Shown here piece after piece: positions 1 through 9,866 of a DNA stretch of 55,949 nucleotides. This DNA is from Candidatus Falkowbacteria bacterium (GTDB taxonomy: Bacteria; Patescibacteriota; Patescibacteriia; Patescibacteriales; UBA12465). Below the pieces are notes generated by a model that saw only the letters and a program-made list of their open reading frames with translations, had not been told where the DNA came from and searched no databases. Each line of letters opens with the position of its first letter. The first letter of the stretch is position 1. The stretch lies in the NCBI GenBank assembly GCA_009995495.1, contig JAACPL010000007.1, forward strand, positions 1 to 55,949, written 5' to 3'. The position numbers and the translations under genes are program-made.

Positions 1-25
1 AGTTCGATTCCCCCTTCTGACTACA
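1..25 (+). tRNA. Probable 3' fragment of a tRNA (identity unknown)
   Basis: GTTCGATTCCCCC T-arm at the window edge, followed by a terminator; anticodon not visible. Confidence 0.5.
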
Positions 26-26
26 A

Positions 27-68
27 AATTAAAAAAGAGTAGTCCGACAGGACTACTCTTTTTTAATT
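27..68. terminator. Bidirectional intrinsic terminator
   Basis: Perfect 19-bp inverted repeat AATTAAAAAAGAGTAGTCC-gaca-GGACTACTCTTTTTTAATT between convergent tRNAs. Confidence 0.85.
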
Positions 69-69
69 G

Positions 70-141
70 AGCGGGTAGGGGGAATCGAACCCCCATCCTC
101 AGCTTGGAAGGCTGATATAAAAGCCATTATACGATACCCGC
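70..141 (-). tRNA. tRNA-Gly(TCC)
   Basis: GCGGGTA acceptor, anticodon arm TCAGC-CT TCC AA-GCTGA, GGTTCGATTCC T-arm; CCA not encoded. Confidence 0.95.
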
Positions 142-205
142 AACAACTTAATCTTATAAGAAAAAAGATTCAAAGTCAAGATTGATTTTCCGATTGATTT
201 TCTGG

Positions 206-1387
206 TTATAAACTATCTTTCATCGGCCAAACTAAGATAATTCCTAAAGCCGTTAATAGAGCAGAAACAAGAAAAATAAAGTGAATTGGCAAAAAGACAG
301 TAATTAATATGGCTAAAGCCGGGCCAATAATATAAGCAGCTGGTCCAGTTAAACGAAAAAGATTGATCATCTCTAAATCTTTAGCACTAACTATCTTAAA
401 GAAATAACTTTCTCTCATCGCCTCAATTAAAGCAGCACCAACACGACTAAAGAATAATAGTCCGGCCCAAAGCCAAACAATCGGTTGGTTTACATAAAAG
501 ATTCCAACTAAAGAGATTGTTAAAATACTTAAACCAATATAAAGCATTTCTTTCTCGCCAAAATATTTATCAGCTAAAAAGCCAGCTGGTATTTGAAAAA
601 TAATAAAAGGAATTAGCATAAAAGAGAAAATTGGACCTAAAATTTCCCAACTCATTCCTAAGGTTTGATGAAGGTAAATAGGAATATAAACAACGGCAGT
701 TGTGTAAAATAGCTGAAGAATTAAAGCAACAAAGAATATCCCTCTTAGGTTTTTGTTGTGCCACATTTTTCTAATTACTTTTTTCATTCCCTCTTCAGCG
801 TATTTAATTTTTGACTTTAAGTGTGGGCTGATAATTAAAAAGAAAACGAGAGTTGGAATTATAATTGAGCCTGATAACCAATAAACAAAACTATAGCCGA
901 AAGAGCTAATTAAATAACCAGAAAATGTTGGTGCTAAAACCCAACCTAAATTGCAAATTGTTAAATAAAGCGCTCTAACTTTTCCGGTATCAGCATTTTT
1001 TGTAAATATTTCTATAAATAAATCAAGTTTAATGAAGGTTAGATTTAAGAAGGCGGTGAAGAAAACAATCCCGATTAAAGCAGTTAAAGAAGAATCGGCA
1101 ATAGCAAAGAAAAATAAGGAGGCGCTATAAAGAAAAAGAAGAAGTTTAAAGGTATTATGATGGCCAAAACGCTTTATTGTCTGGGGAAATCTTAGAATAA
1201 ATAATAAGGTTGCTAGATTGGCAATAACAAAAAATAAACTAACAAAACTAAGGTCAGTGAACTGACTAATAAAACTTGAATTGACATAGGCTGGTAGAGC
1301 GGATGAAAAAGAGATAATTAAACCAACTAAATAAAGAATAGTTAGTTGGTGTTTTGGTTTAAAGCCTCTCTTTTTTTTGAATAACAT
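206..1387 (-). CDS. MFS transporter
   Basis: About 12 hydrophobic segments, GFLADKYFGEK motif-A-like loop. Confidence 0.85.
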   Translation of the reverse strand: MLFKKKRGFKPKHQLTILYLVGLIISFSSALPAYVNSSFISQFTDLSFVSLFFVIANLATLLFILRFPQTIKRFGHHNTFKLLLFLYSASLFFFAIADSSLTALIGIVFFTAFLNLTFIKLDLFIEIFTKNADTGKVRALYLTICNLGWVLAPTFSGYLISSFGYSFVYWLSGSIIIPTLVFFLIISPHLKSKIKYAEEGMKKVIRKMWHNKNLRGIFFVALILQLFYTTAVVYIPIYLHQTLGMSWEILGPIFSFMLIPFIIFQIPAGFLADKYFGEKEMLYIGLSILTISLVGIFYVNQPIVWLWAGLLFFSRVGAALIEAMRESYFFKIVSAKDLEMINLFRLTGPAAYIIGPALAILITVFLPIHFIFLVSALLTALGIILVWPMKDSL

Positions 1388-2186
1388 AAGTTTTAATCAT
1401 GATAAAAATGGCAACCAGAGCCATTACTAAGCTTATTACTTGGGGCGCACGTAGACCAAAGATAAGTGGAGAATAATCAATCCGAATAAATTCTAAACTA
1501 AACCTCAATATAGAATATGATAACATGTAAAGCGTAACTAGCAAAATATCAAAACTAGTTTCTTTGCTTCCTTTTGCTCTTAACTGTGTATAAGTTAAAA
1601 AAATAAGGACTGCAAATATTGTTAAAGAGCCTAAACTTTCATAAATAAAAGTAGGCTGAAAGTAAATTTCATTGATAAATTCTAAAGGTCTATTTATTTG
1701 AGCAATTGGGATTCCCCAAGAAAGATTTGTTGGCAAGCCAAAAAGTTCCTGATTAAAATAATTGCCAAAACGACCAATGGCTTGAGCCAGAGCTAAACCG
1801 GGGACGCTAATTGCCCCTAATTTCCAAAAACTAATTTTTGTTTTTTTGGCAAAAAAGATAAAGACTAAAAGTCCAGCAATTATTCCGCCATGAATAGCGA
1901 GTCCGCCTTCCCAGATTTTTATTATTTGCCCTGGATTTTTTAAATAAAATGGTAGCTCTAAAATTACATCATAAAGTCTCGCTCCTAAGATGCCAAAGAT
2001 TATGGTCCAAAAAAATAAATCAAGCAAAAATTCTTTCTGAATTTTACGTTTTTCGCCAATTTTTAAAATCAGAAATAGGGCGATTAGCATTCCTAGAGCC
2101 ACAAAAAAACCGTACCAATTTATTTGGAGCGGTCCTAGGTTAAACATAACCGGACTGGGATTAAAGTTGTGAAGAAAATTTATCAT
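1359..2186 (-). CDS. lgt: Prolipoprotein diacylglyceryl transferase
   Basis: WYG, GARLY, WEGGLAIHGG, IGRFGNYFNQELFG motifs. Confidence 0.95.
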   Translation of the reverse strand: MINFLHNFNPSPVMFNLGPLQINWYGFFVALGMLIALFLILKIGEKRKIQKEFLLDLFFWTIIFGILGARLYDVILELPFYLKNPGQIIKIWEGGLAIHGGIIAGLLVFIFFAKKTKISFWKLGAISVPGLALAQAIGRFGNYFNQELFGLPTNLSWGIPIAQINRPLEFINEIYFQPTFIYESLGSLTIFAVLIFLTYTQLRAKGSKETSFDILLVTLYMLSYSILRFSLEFIRIDYSPLIFGLRAPQVISLVMALVAIFIMIKTYVIQKKERL

Positions 2187-2187
2187 T

Positions 2188-2272
2188 TGGTGCGGATGGA
2201 GAGACTCGAACTCTCAAGAGTTGCCCCGCTTGGTCCTAAGCCAAGTGCGTCTACCAGTTTCGCCACATCCGC
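2188..2272 (-). tRNA. tRNA-Leu(TAG)
   Basis: GCGGATG acceptor, CTTGG-CT TAG GA-CCAAG, long variable arm, CCA encoded. Confidence 0.95.
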
Positions 2273-2447
2273 TCTATTAAGTTAGTTTTGATTTAACCTG
2301 AATAAATAATAAATCATAATTAGAATAAAGTAAAGATGGCTCTTGAAAATATTTTAAATTAAGTTTTTGCAAACTTTTTAAAAAATATTTTTCAGAAACA
2401 AAAAACAATGCTATAATAAATTTATAAAAATATAAAATTAAATATCT

Positions 2448-4865
2448 ATGAGTAAGAAAAAATTTGTTCTTTTTTTTGAAGAGCTAGGAATTAAAGATGT
2501 TCCTTCTGTCGGTGGTAAAAACGCCTCTCTTGGTGAGATGTTTTCTAATTTGAGCAAAAAAGGAGTGAGAATTCCTGATGGTTTTGCAACAACAGCCGAG
2601 GCTTATAATTATTTTTTTGAAGCTAACGACTTAAAGAAAAAAATTAAAAAAATAATTAAAGGTCTTGATACTCACAATGTTAAAGATTTGATGGCCAGAG
2701 GAGCGGAAATCAGAAAAACAATTATGGCGGCGGAACTTCCTCAAGATTTAAAAGATCAAGTTGCCGAAGCTTATCGCAAGTTGTCAAAAAAACATGGTGA
2801 GAAGAATTCTGATGTTGCTGTTCGTTCTAGCGCAACCGCCGAAGATTTACCAGATGCTTCTTTCGCCGGTCAGCAGGAAACCTTTCTAAATGTTCAGGGA
2901 CAAGAGGACTTAATTTTAGCAGTTAAAAAATGTATTGCTTCTCTTTTTACCGATCGGGCTATTTCTTACCGGGTAGATAAAAAGTTTGATCACTTTTCTA
3001 TTTCTCTTTCGGTCGGCGTCCAAAAAATGGTGCGAGCCGATAAGGGTTCGTCTGGTGTTATGTTTAGTATTGATACGGAATCAGGCTTTAGCGGCGTTGT
3101 TTTAATTAATTCAATCTTTGGTTTAGGAGAAAATATTGTTCAGGGAAAAGTTACTCCTGACTCATTTTTAGTTTTTAAAGAAACGGAAAAAATTATTTCT
3201 CGTTCTATCGGCACTAAAAATTTACGAATGGTTTATAATCCAGGTGGCAAAAACCCAGTTAAAGATCTACCAGTTTCAGCTAGTGACGCAAAAAAACCAT
3301 CCTTAAACGACAGCCAAGTTTTAGAGTTAGCTAAATGGGCGATGATTATTGAGGAACACTATAAAAAACCGATGGATATGGAGTTCGCTTATGATGGAAT
3401 TTCCAAAAGAATGTATATTACCCAAGCGCGACCGGAAACAGTTCAGAGTCGTAAGGATGTTAATGTTATTGAAAGTTATAAACTTGAGAAAAAAGACAAA
3501 TTAAAAGTTTTGGTTAGCGGTCAAAGTGTTGGTTCTAAAATTGGTAGTGGCGAAGTTAATAAAATAATGTCAGTTAAAGATATTTCTAAGTTTAAAGCGG
3601 GTCAGGTTTTGTTAACTGATATGACTGATCCTGATTGGGAGCCGATTATGAAAATTGCTTCGGCGATTGTGACCGATAAAGGTGGCCGAACTTGTCATGC
3701 CGCGATTGTTTCTCGTGAACTTGGGATTCCTTGTATCGTTGGGACTGAAAATGCGACGAAAAAAATTAATCCAAGACGCCAAGTAACGATTGATTGTTCT
3801 ATTGGCGAGGTTGGTTATGTTTATGAAGGAAAAATTCCTTTTCAAATTGAGACAACTGATATTAAAGGTCTTAAGAAAACTAAAACTAAAATAATGATGA
3901 ATGTTGGTGAGCCTGATATGGCTTTTCCACATTCATTTTTACCTAATGATGGAGTTGGTTTAGCTCGTTTAGAATTTATCATTAATAATTACATTAAAAT
4001 TCACCCTCTGGCTCTAGTGCATTTTGCTAAATTAAAAGATAAGAAGGCAAAAAAGACGATTGAGAAGATGACGGAAACTTATCAAAAGAAGACCGAATAT
4101 TTTGTTGATCGTTTAGCTCAAGGAGTTGCTGTTTTAGCCTCAGCTTTTTATCCTAAAGATGTAATTTTAAGACTTAGCGATTTCAAAAGTAACGAATACG
4201 CTAATTTAATTGGCGGCCGAGAGTTTGAGCCAATTGAATCAAATCCGATGATTGGTTTCAGGGGTGCTTCTCGTTATTACTCAAAGGAATTTTTACCAGC
4301 TTTTAAATTAGAATGTGAGGCAATTAAAAGAGTTAGAGAGGAAATGGGACTTAAGAATTTAAAAGTCATGGTTCCTTTCTGTCGAACAATTGAAGAAGGC
4401 AAAGAAGTTCAAAGAATTATGGCCGAATGCGGACTTAAGCGTGGTGATAAAGGCTTGGAAATTTATGTGATGGCTGAAATTCCAAGTAACATTATTTTAG
4501 CTGAAGAATTTTGTCAGATTTTTGATGGCTTTTCTATTGGTTCAAATGATTTAACTCAACTTGCTTTAGGAATTGATCGTGATTCTGGAGGAACTTTAAA
4601 AGTAATTGGTGAGGCGAATGAGAATAATAAAGCGGTTAAAACTTTAATTCGTCAATTAATTAAAGTTGCTAAGAAAAATAAACGTAAAGTTGGAATTTGT
4701 GGTCAGGCGCCAAGCGATTTTCCTGAATTCGCTGAATTTTTAGTAGAAGAAGGAATAGATAGTATTTCTTTAACTCCGGACACGGTAGTTAAAACAACAA
4801 TCGCTTTATTAAAAAAAGAAAAAGCTTTACGCCGTAGCCGTAGTATTTTAAGCTTCTTGTTTTAA
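2448..4865 (+). CDS. ppsA: Phosphoenolpyruvate synthase
   Basis: VGGKNASLGEM, VRSSATAED, GGRTCHAAIVSRE phospho-His, FSIGSNDLTQ, GICGQAPSD. Confidence 0.97.
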   Translation: MSKKKFVLFFEELGIKDVPSVGGKNASLGEMFSNLSKKGVRIPDGFATTAEAYNYFFEANDLKKKIKKIIKGLDTHNVKDLMARGAEIRKTIMAAELPQDLKDQVAEAYRKLSKKHGEKNSDVAVRSSATAEDLPDASFAGQQETFLNVQGQEDLILAVKKCIASLFTDRAISYRVDKKFDHFSISLSVGVQKMVRADKGSSGVMFSIDTESGFSGVVLINSIFGLGENIVQGKVTPDSFLVFKETEKIISRSIGTKNLRMVYNPGGKNPVKDLPVSASDAKKPSLNDSQVLELAKWAMIIEEHYKKPMDMEFAYDGISKRMYITQARPETVQSRKDVNVIESYKLEKKDKLKVLVSGQSVGSKIGSGEVNKIMSVKDISKFKAGQVLLTDMTDPDWEPIMKIASAIVTDKGGRTCHAAIVSRELGIPCIVGTENATKKINPRRQVTIDCSIGEVGYVYEGKIPFQIETTDIKGLKKTKTKIMMNVGEPDMAFPHSFLPNDGVGLARLEFIINNYIKIHPLALVHFAKLKDKKAKKTIEKMTETYQKKTEYFVDRLAQGVAVLASAFYPKDVILRLSDFKSNEYANLIGGREFEPIESNPMIGFRGASRYYSKEFLPAFKLECEAIKRVREEMGLKNLKVMVPFCRTIEEGKEVQRIMAECGLKRGDKGLEIYVMAEIPSNIILAEEFCQIFDGFSIGSNDLTQLALGIDRDSGGTLKVIGEANENNKAVKTLIRQLIKVAKKNKRKVGICGQAPSDFPEFAEFLVEEGIDSISLTPDTVVKTTIALLKKEKALRRSRSILSFLF

Positions 4866-4887
4866 TTGTTTAAAGATTGATAAGCGC

Positions 4888-4927
4888 TAAAATAAAAAAT
4901 CTCCTTTGTAGGAGATTTTTTATTTTA
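4888..4927. terminator. Bidirectional terminator
   Basis: 18-bp inverted repeat with A/T tails between convergent genes. Confidence 0.85.
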
Positions 4928-5782
4928 TAGTCGGCTAATTACTGATTTTATTTTTAGATCTCTAACTTCTGGTATTTCTGGCTCTATAATTTCAACTACT
5001 TCAATTCTTGTTCTTCTGACACCAAATTGAATAGCGTCACTTCTTTCAAGCATCCAGATATCAACTCTATCAGAATATCTTTTATTCATTCTATCGCGGA
5101 CAACGAAAATTCTATCACCAAACAAGTCCGGGATTCTAACTTTAGTACCAAAGGGGAGAAAGTTAGCGGCAACTGTATCTTCTATTCCGTGAGTACAAAC
5201 ATTAAAGCCATTAGCGGTAATACAAGGACTGTTGTCGGTTTGTCCAACTTCGGAATTATAAGCAGTCATAGTATGAACACCAGAACTAATTACTCTTATT
5301 TCTGGCTCAGTATTTTCCGGAACTGGTTCTAAAGCTAGAGCGACTTTTTTAATTTCAGAATTGTCACTAGAACTATTATTAGTAGCATCATCTACGGCCA
5401 ATTCGCCGATTTCTCCGCTTGCAGTTGTTTTTAGATTGTAGTTTAAATTTCGAGGATTAATAATTGCATTAGTCGTTTCTCGTAATTGACGATTAGTGTT
5501 AATAAACGGAGACCCTTCCTTACTAGAAGACATAGTAATTAATATTTCTGGCTCTGTTTGTGACTCAGATTTTGTTTGGGCTTCAGGTTCTGTTTGCGCC
5601 TCAGGTTTTATTTGCGCCTCAGAATTAATATTATTTTTATAATCTTTAACTGCGTCCTCGGCTAAAGCTGGAGAGTAAAATAGGACAAACTGGAAGAAAC
5701 AAGCGATAATGAGCACAAGGAAAAAGCCCTGACGTTTACTCAGAGGAATTATTTCTTCAGCTAACTGAAGTATTTTTTTCAT
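4925..5782 (-). CDS. Membrane-anchored 3D-domain (lytic transglycosylase-like) protein
   Basis: N-terminal TM; TAYNSEVGQTD..PCITANG, AANFLPFGTKV, VRDRM..RVDIW; start taken at ATG 5782. Confidence 0.8.
   Translation of the reverse strand: MKKILQLAEEIIPLSKRQGFFLVLIIACFFQFVLFYSPALAEDAVKDYKNNINSEAQIKPEAQTEPEAQTKSESQTEPEILITMSSSKEGSPFINTNRQLRETTNAIINPRNLNYNLKTTASGEIGELAVDDATNNSSSDNSEIKKVALALEPVPENTEPEIRVISSGVHTMTAYNSEVGQTDNSPCITANGFNVCTHGIEDTVAANFLPFGTKVRIPDLFGDRIFVVRDRMNKRYSDRVDIWMLERSDAIQFGVRRTRIEVVEIIEPEIPEVRDLKIKSVISRL
5545..5624 (-). repeat. 18-bp tandem repeat encoding [EK]PEAQT-like units
   Basis: About 4-5 imperfect copies, SEAQIKPEAQTEPEAQTKSESQTEPE. Confidence 0.75.
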
Positions 5783-6051
5783 ATTTAAATTTTTATTTAT
5801 TTTTGCCAATTAAAAAATCCCAACTTATATGTCAGCTGGGATTGCATGACCGTCAATCTTAGCATATAAGCAAAAAAAAGTCAAGCTTAGCTCAGTGGAT
5901 GAACTGTGGATAAACTATTGACAAATTTTAAAATGTATGCTATAATTGAGCTATGAAAATTGAGATTTTAATTAAAAATAATTAAGATTTTAAGTTTCTT
6001 AGAACTTTAAAATAAAAATAAGTAACAATAAAAAAAATCGGAGGATTTATC

Positions 6052-6810
6052 ATGAAAAAAGTATTAGTATTATTGGGTTTGAGCTTTGCTTTGGCTATTT
6101 CAGTTTCCGCTCAGCGGAACACGTTCTATTACGGCGACAAAAACGCCGTAGAGATTAACAACTCAATCGAGCTCTTTAATGAGCTGATTGATGACCACGA
6201 GGCCAGCATCGAATCCTTGAAAAAGGAAAATGATAGAATGGTGGCCGATTTCAGAAGAAGTGGGAACGGCCAGTCAGCCAAATCGTACGCCAAAAGAACG
6301 GCCGTAAATGATTCGCTTATTACTCTTTATCGGGCAAAAGTTTTGGATCTTAAGGTGACAAAACAGGCGTTTCTCGAAAGAACGGCTGGTAGCAGTAAAA
6401 AAAGAGTTGTTAGCTCTAAAGGAAACAATCCGAAAAAACTTAGAGCGGTCGCTGATGCTTATGCAACTATAAGTTATGTTGACGCTTATACAAGCGGCAT
6501 TGGCAAACCAGGAGGAGCTAATGAGACCCCAGCAAGTGGGCTCAAAGGATTAATAGTAAATGAATGGTACGAAAACGTTACCTTTCATGTCTATGGTCCC
6601 GGAACTTGGAAAAGAGAATTTAGAGTTTCTGGAAACGGTGGAATAGTTGAATTTGATATTCCTTCTCCAGGGGAATATCGCTTCGTTTCCATACGTGGAA
6701 GGGAGATAAACACTATCACAAAAATTTCTCGTCCTGGTTTATCGGAATTCCGGGATGCAAAAGGAAACAAGTATGATATCATGACCACATTGCAAAGACG
6801 CAGGTGGTAA
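6052..6810 (+). CDS. Secreted hypothetical protein
   Basis: Signal peptide, GGAGG SD, upstream consensus-like promoter, downstream terminator at about 6833-6859. Confidence 0.75.
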   Translation: MKKVLVLLGLSFALAISVSAQRNTFYYGDKNAVEINNSIELFNELIDDHEASIESLKKENDRMVADFRRSGNGQSAKSYAKRTAVNDSLITLYRAKVLDLKVTKQAFLERTAGSSKKRVVSSKGNNPKKLRAVADAYATISYVDAYTSGIGKPGGANETPASGLKGLIVNEWYENVTFHVYGPGTWKREFRVSGNGGIVEFDIPSPGEYRFVSIRGREINTITKISRPGLSEFRDAKGNKYDIMTTLQRRRW

Positions 6811-6921
6811 GAATTATACGAAAATTTATCAGAGGAGCTTTTGAACGAGCTCCTTTTTTATTAAAAAAATCATCCTTTTAAGAATGATTTTTATGGTTTT
6901 AAATTTATAATAAGAAAAAAA

Positions 6922-7623
6922 CTATGTAAGTTCTGTCATCGATGACTCTCCTCCTGAAAAAGGCAAGCTATTGAAGATAAAGTAGGTAATGGCATAAGAC
7001 GCTAGAACAATCACGAGTCCGATAACCGCATTTTTTAAAGAGGTCTGAGCCTTCTTAACTTCCTCATCATTACCTCCGGCTGTCATCCATTTAAAGCCGG
7101 CCATAATTGTTAAGACTAAGAATATTAACGCGAGGAAACTTAAAATAACGCCAATAATCGTTGCTACCAAACCGCCAACACCCATACTAACAAGCCCGGC
7201 CCCTGTAGCAACTTGTGAGGTTGATTCATCTAAGCCATTAGCAAGAGGCAAGCGTTCAAAGACAAAGACGGTCATCGTGTAGGCAGCTAGAACTACTATT
7301 AAACCGATTGTGGCATTTTTGACTGAAGTTTGAGCCTTCTTCACGTCTTCATCATTACCCCCCGCATTCATCCATTTAAAGCCAGCCATAATTGTTAAGA
7401 CTAGAAAAATCAAGCCTAAAAAGCCAAGAGCGGTTTTAATAACTATTATTGAGACAGTTTCAATGTCCGCATCTTGGAATCCAGCCCCAACTTTAAACTC
7501 ATTAGATTTTTCGTCTAAATTTAAAACAGTTGGATCAATAAGTTGCGCCTGACTTACTAAAACTGGAACAACTAAGATAAACAGGAAGAGTGTTAATTTT
7601 AAAATATTGTTCATTTTTTTCAT
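6922..7623 (-). CDS. VirB2/TrbC-like pilin with two tandem pilin domains
   Basis: LIFLVLTIMAGFKWM[NT]AGGNDE.VKKAQTS occurs twice; start taken at ATG 7623. Confidence 0.8.
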   Translation of the reverse strand: MKKMNNILKLTLFLFILVVPVLVSQAQLIDPTVLNLDEKSNEFKVGAGFQDADIETVSIIVIKTALGFLGLIFLVLTIMAGFKWMNAGGNDEDVKKAQTSVKNATIGLIVVLAAYTMTVFVFERLPLANGLDESTSQVATGAGLVSMGVGGLVATIIGVILSFLALIFLVLTIMAGFKWMTAGGNDEEVKKAQTSLKNAVIGLVIVLASYAITYFIFNSLPFSGGESSMTELT

Positions 7624-7634
7624 ATGCGTATAAT

Positions 7635-8072
7635 TTAAGAAGAAGAAGCCGCAAGTCTTGAGGCAATAAAAAACCAAATTGCCCAAGCAGAGAGAATAAC
7701 AATCAAACCGATTGTCGCTCTTTTTATATAATTAGTCGCGATTTTAACATTTTCTTCATTTCCTCCGGCCGTCATCCACTTATAACCACCAATAACAATT
7801 AAAAATATGAAAATTATACCTAATAAACTTAACGCTGCACGCACAACTTGGCCAGTAGCTGTAGCTAAACTAATGTCTTCCTTATAACCACTATCTTTAC
7901 CAATTGTTTTTAATTTATCAAGAGCTTTATTGTTTTCGCTTGCGTTTTTAAAGCTTGAGGGGTCTGGGTCAGGAGTTACTAGATTTTCAGCAAAAACGAG
8001 AAACGGAAGAACTAGAAAGGCGGTGATAATTATAATTCCGAAGAAAGCTTGAAGATGGTTTTTGATTTTCAT
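7635..8072 (-). CDS. VirB2/TrbC-like pilin
   Basis: Signal peptide plus GGYKWMTAGGNEE..K hairpin of two TMs. Confidence 0.8.
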   Translation of the reverse strand: MKIKNHLQAFFGIIIITAFLVLPFLVFAENLVTPDPDPSSFKNASENNKALDKLKTIGKDSGYKEDISLATATGQVVRAALSLLGIIFIFLIVIGGYKWMTAGGNEENVKIATNYIKRATIGLIVILSAWAIWFFIASRLAASSS

Positions 8073-8081
8073 ATTAAAAAT

Positions 8082-8480
8082 TTAAGAGGCTAGAAAAGAA
8101 AAAGCCTTGATAATAAAGTAACTTATTGCATAAGAGCCAAGAACAACAATTAAACCAATAATCGCCTGTTTAATTGTTTTTGAGGCTTCTTGAACTTTAG
8201 CCTCTTGACCACCGGCGGTCATCCAATTAAAACCGCCAAGAATTAATAAAATCATGAAGATTATTCCTATGAAAGACAGGACAATATTTATTATTTTACT
8301 AATCATCTTTTCTAGTGATACATCATCTTTTGTGTTATAGCCCGCATTATTACCAACTTCCTCTTGGACCTCTTTAAAAGCATTTTTTAAATTTCGACCA
8401 GAGCTCTCAGTATCTTGCGCTAAACAAAGACCGGGGATTAGGCTAAAAAATATGAAGCTAGCAATTATTAATTTTTTCAT
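8082..8480 (-). CDS. VirB2/TrbC-like pilin
   Basis: GGFNWMTAGGQEAKV motif. Confidence 0.8.
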   Translation of the reverse strand: MKKLIIASFIFFSLIPGLCLAQDTESSGRNLKNAFKEVQEEVGNNAGYNTKDDVSLEKMISKIINIVLSFIGIIFMILLILGGFNWMTAGGQEAKVQEASKTIKQAIIGLIVVLGSYAISYFIIKAFSFLAS

Positions 8481-8482
8481 AA

Positions 8483-8863
8483 TTAAGTAAGATAGGGCTC
8501 GGAAAAGAATTGAACGATAAAGTAACTAAGAGCGTAAGCTACTAAAATAATTAAAACTCCAATAACACTTTGAATGAACATTTTTTTTGCTTTTTCAACT
8601 TCAGCCTCATTTCCTCGAGCGGTCATCCATTTAAAGCCAGCCACAATTGTTAGTATTAAAAATAAAACACCAACAAAAGTTAGAACTAGTTTTATTCCTT
8701 GTACGATCATGCCATCAATAGATTTTTGTTCGTCAACATACCCTGCTTTCCCGGCAGTTATATTTAAACCGCTATTTTCTTCAAAATCATAAGCCAAAAC
8801 TAATATCGGCGAAATTATTCCAGCTAAAATTAAATATTTTATTTTTTTAACTAGGGTTTTCAT
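8483..8863 (-). CDS. VirB2/TrbC-like pilin
   Basis: AGFKWMTARGNEAEVEKAK motif. Confidence 0.8.
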   Translation of the reverse strand: MKTLVKKIKYLILAGIISPILVLAYDFEENSGLNITAGKAGYVDEQKSIDGMIVQGIKLVLTFVGVLFLILTIVAGFKWMTARGNEAEVEKAKKMFIQSVIGVLIILVAYALSYFIVQFFSEPYLT

Positions 8864-9273
8864 TAGTTTGCAAATTGGTTACCTATAAAGCTAGTTATTG
8901 TGTAAGCGGAAAGAACAATTAAAAGACCAATAATAGCGTTTATTATTATTGTTTTAGCTTTTTCTACTTTTTGCTCATTACCTCCGGCAGTCATCCAATT
9001 TATACCACCGTAAATTGTTAAAATTAAAAATAAGACTCCAATAAAAGAAAGGACGAAGCCAATCATATCGCCAAGTTTAGTAGCAATAAATTTTTCGTCA
9101 TAGGGCTCATTAGTATTGATTTGTTCCTGATAAGCTGGAACTACATTAGCCGCTTCATTTAAGCCTTTTAAGACATCTTCTGAAGCAGCGTTTTGAGCCA
9201 ACACTGAAGAGGAAAAAGTAAAAAATAAAAATAAAAAAAAGATTACCGGAAAAAAGAATTTAAATTTTTTCAT
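8863..9273 (-). CDS. VirB2/TrbC-like pilin
   Basis: GGINWMTAGGNEQKVEKAK motif. Confidence 0.8.
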   Translation of the reverse strand: MKKFKFFFPVIFFLFLFFTFSSSVLAQNAASEDVLKGLNEAANVVPAYQEQINTNEPYDEKFIATKLGDMIGFVLSFIGVLFLILTIYGGINWMTAGGNEQKVEKAKTIIINAIIGLLIVLSAYTITSFIGNQFAN

Positions 9274-9297
9274 AAAGAAATTATTTGAGATAAATTC

Positions 9298-9346
9298 ACT
9301 GCCTTAATTAAAAGAGGAATTCCTGAAGACTTTTAATTAAGGCAGT
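9298..9346. promoter_or_regulatory. Intercistronic 17-bp stem-loop
   Basis: ACTGCCTTAATTAAAAG / CTTTTAATTAAGGCAGT after the first pilin gene. Confidence 0.7.
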
Positions 9347-9382
9347 AAATCCTAATTACTTAGGACTACTGACTAAAGTATC

Positions 9383-9781
9383 TTAATTACTGACGGTTGT
9401 ACTAATATTTTCAATTAACCAAGTTGCTAGACCCCATGAGGCTAGAACAATAATTAAACCGACAACACCAGCGCCTAGAAGTTTCTTTGCTTCTCCGGTT
9501 TTTTCTTCGCTACCACCAGAAGTCATCCATTTAAATCCACCGATTAAAATGATACTTACAGCAATTAAGCCAAGGAAACCAAGGGCAAATTTAATAAAAC
9601 GGCCGATGACTTCACGAGGATCTTGCTCAACATCACCAAGAGATCCACCTAAACCATCTTCAACTAGTTGTGTGCCATATGGATCATTGTCTGTTTGAGC
9701 TAATGCTGGTAAAGCAAAAACTGGAACCAAAAAGGCAGCGACAATTGCGAAAGCTGCTAAATTTTTTAATAATTTTTTCAT
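9383..9781 (-). CDS. VirB2/TrbC-like pilin, first in array (candidate major subunit)
   Basis: GGFKWMTSGGSEEK motif; strong SD AAAGGTGGTG. Confidence 0.8.
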   Translation of the reverse strand: MKKLLKNLAAFAIVAAFLVPVFALPALAQTDNDPYGTQLVEDGLGGSLGDVEQDPREVIGRFIKFALGFLGLIAVSIILIGGFKWMTSGGSEEKTGEAKKLLGAGVVGLIIVLASWGLATWLIENISTTVSN

Positions 9782-9866
9782 AATTTCACCACCTTTCTAG
9801 TTTTTTTAATTTATTTTTCTATCACTAATATTTTAGCATAATCCCTAAAACAAGACAATATGATTT

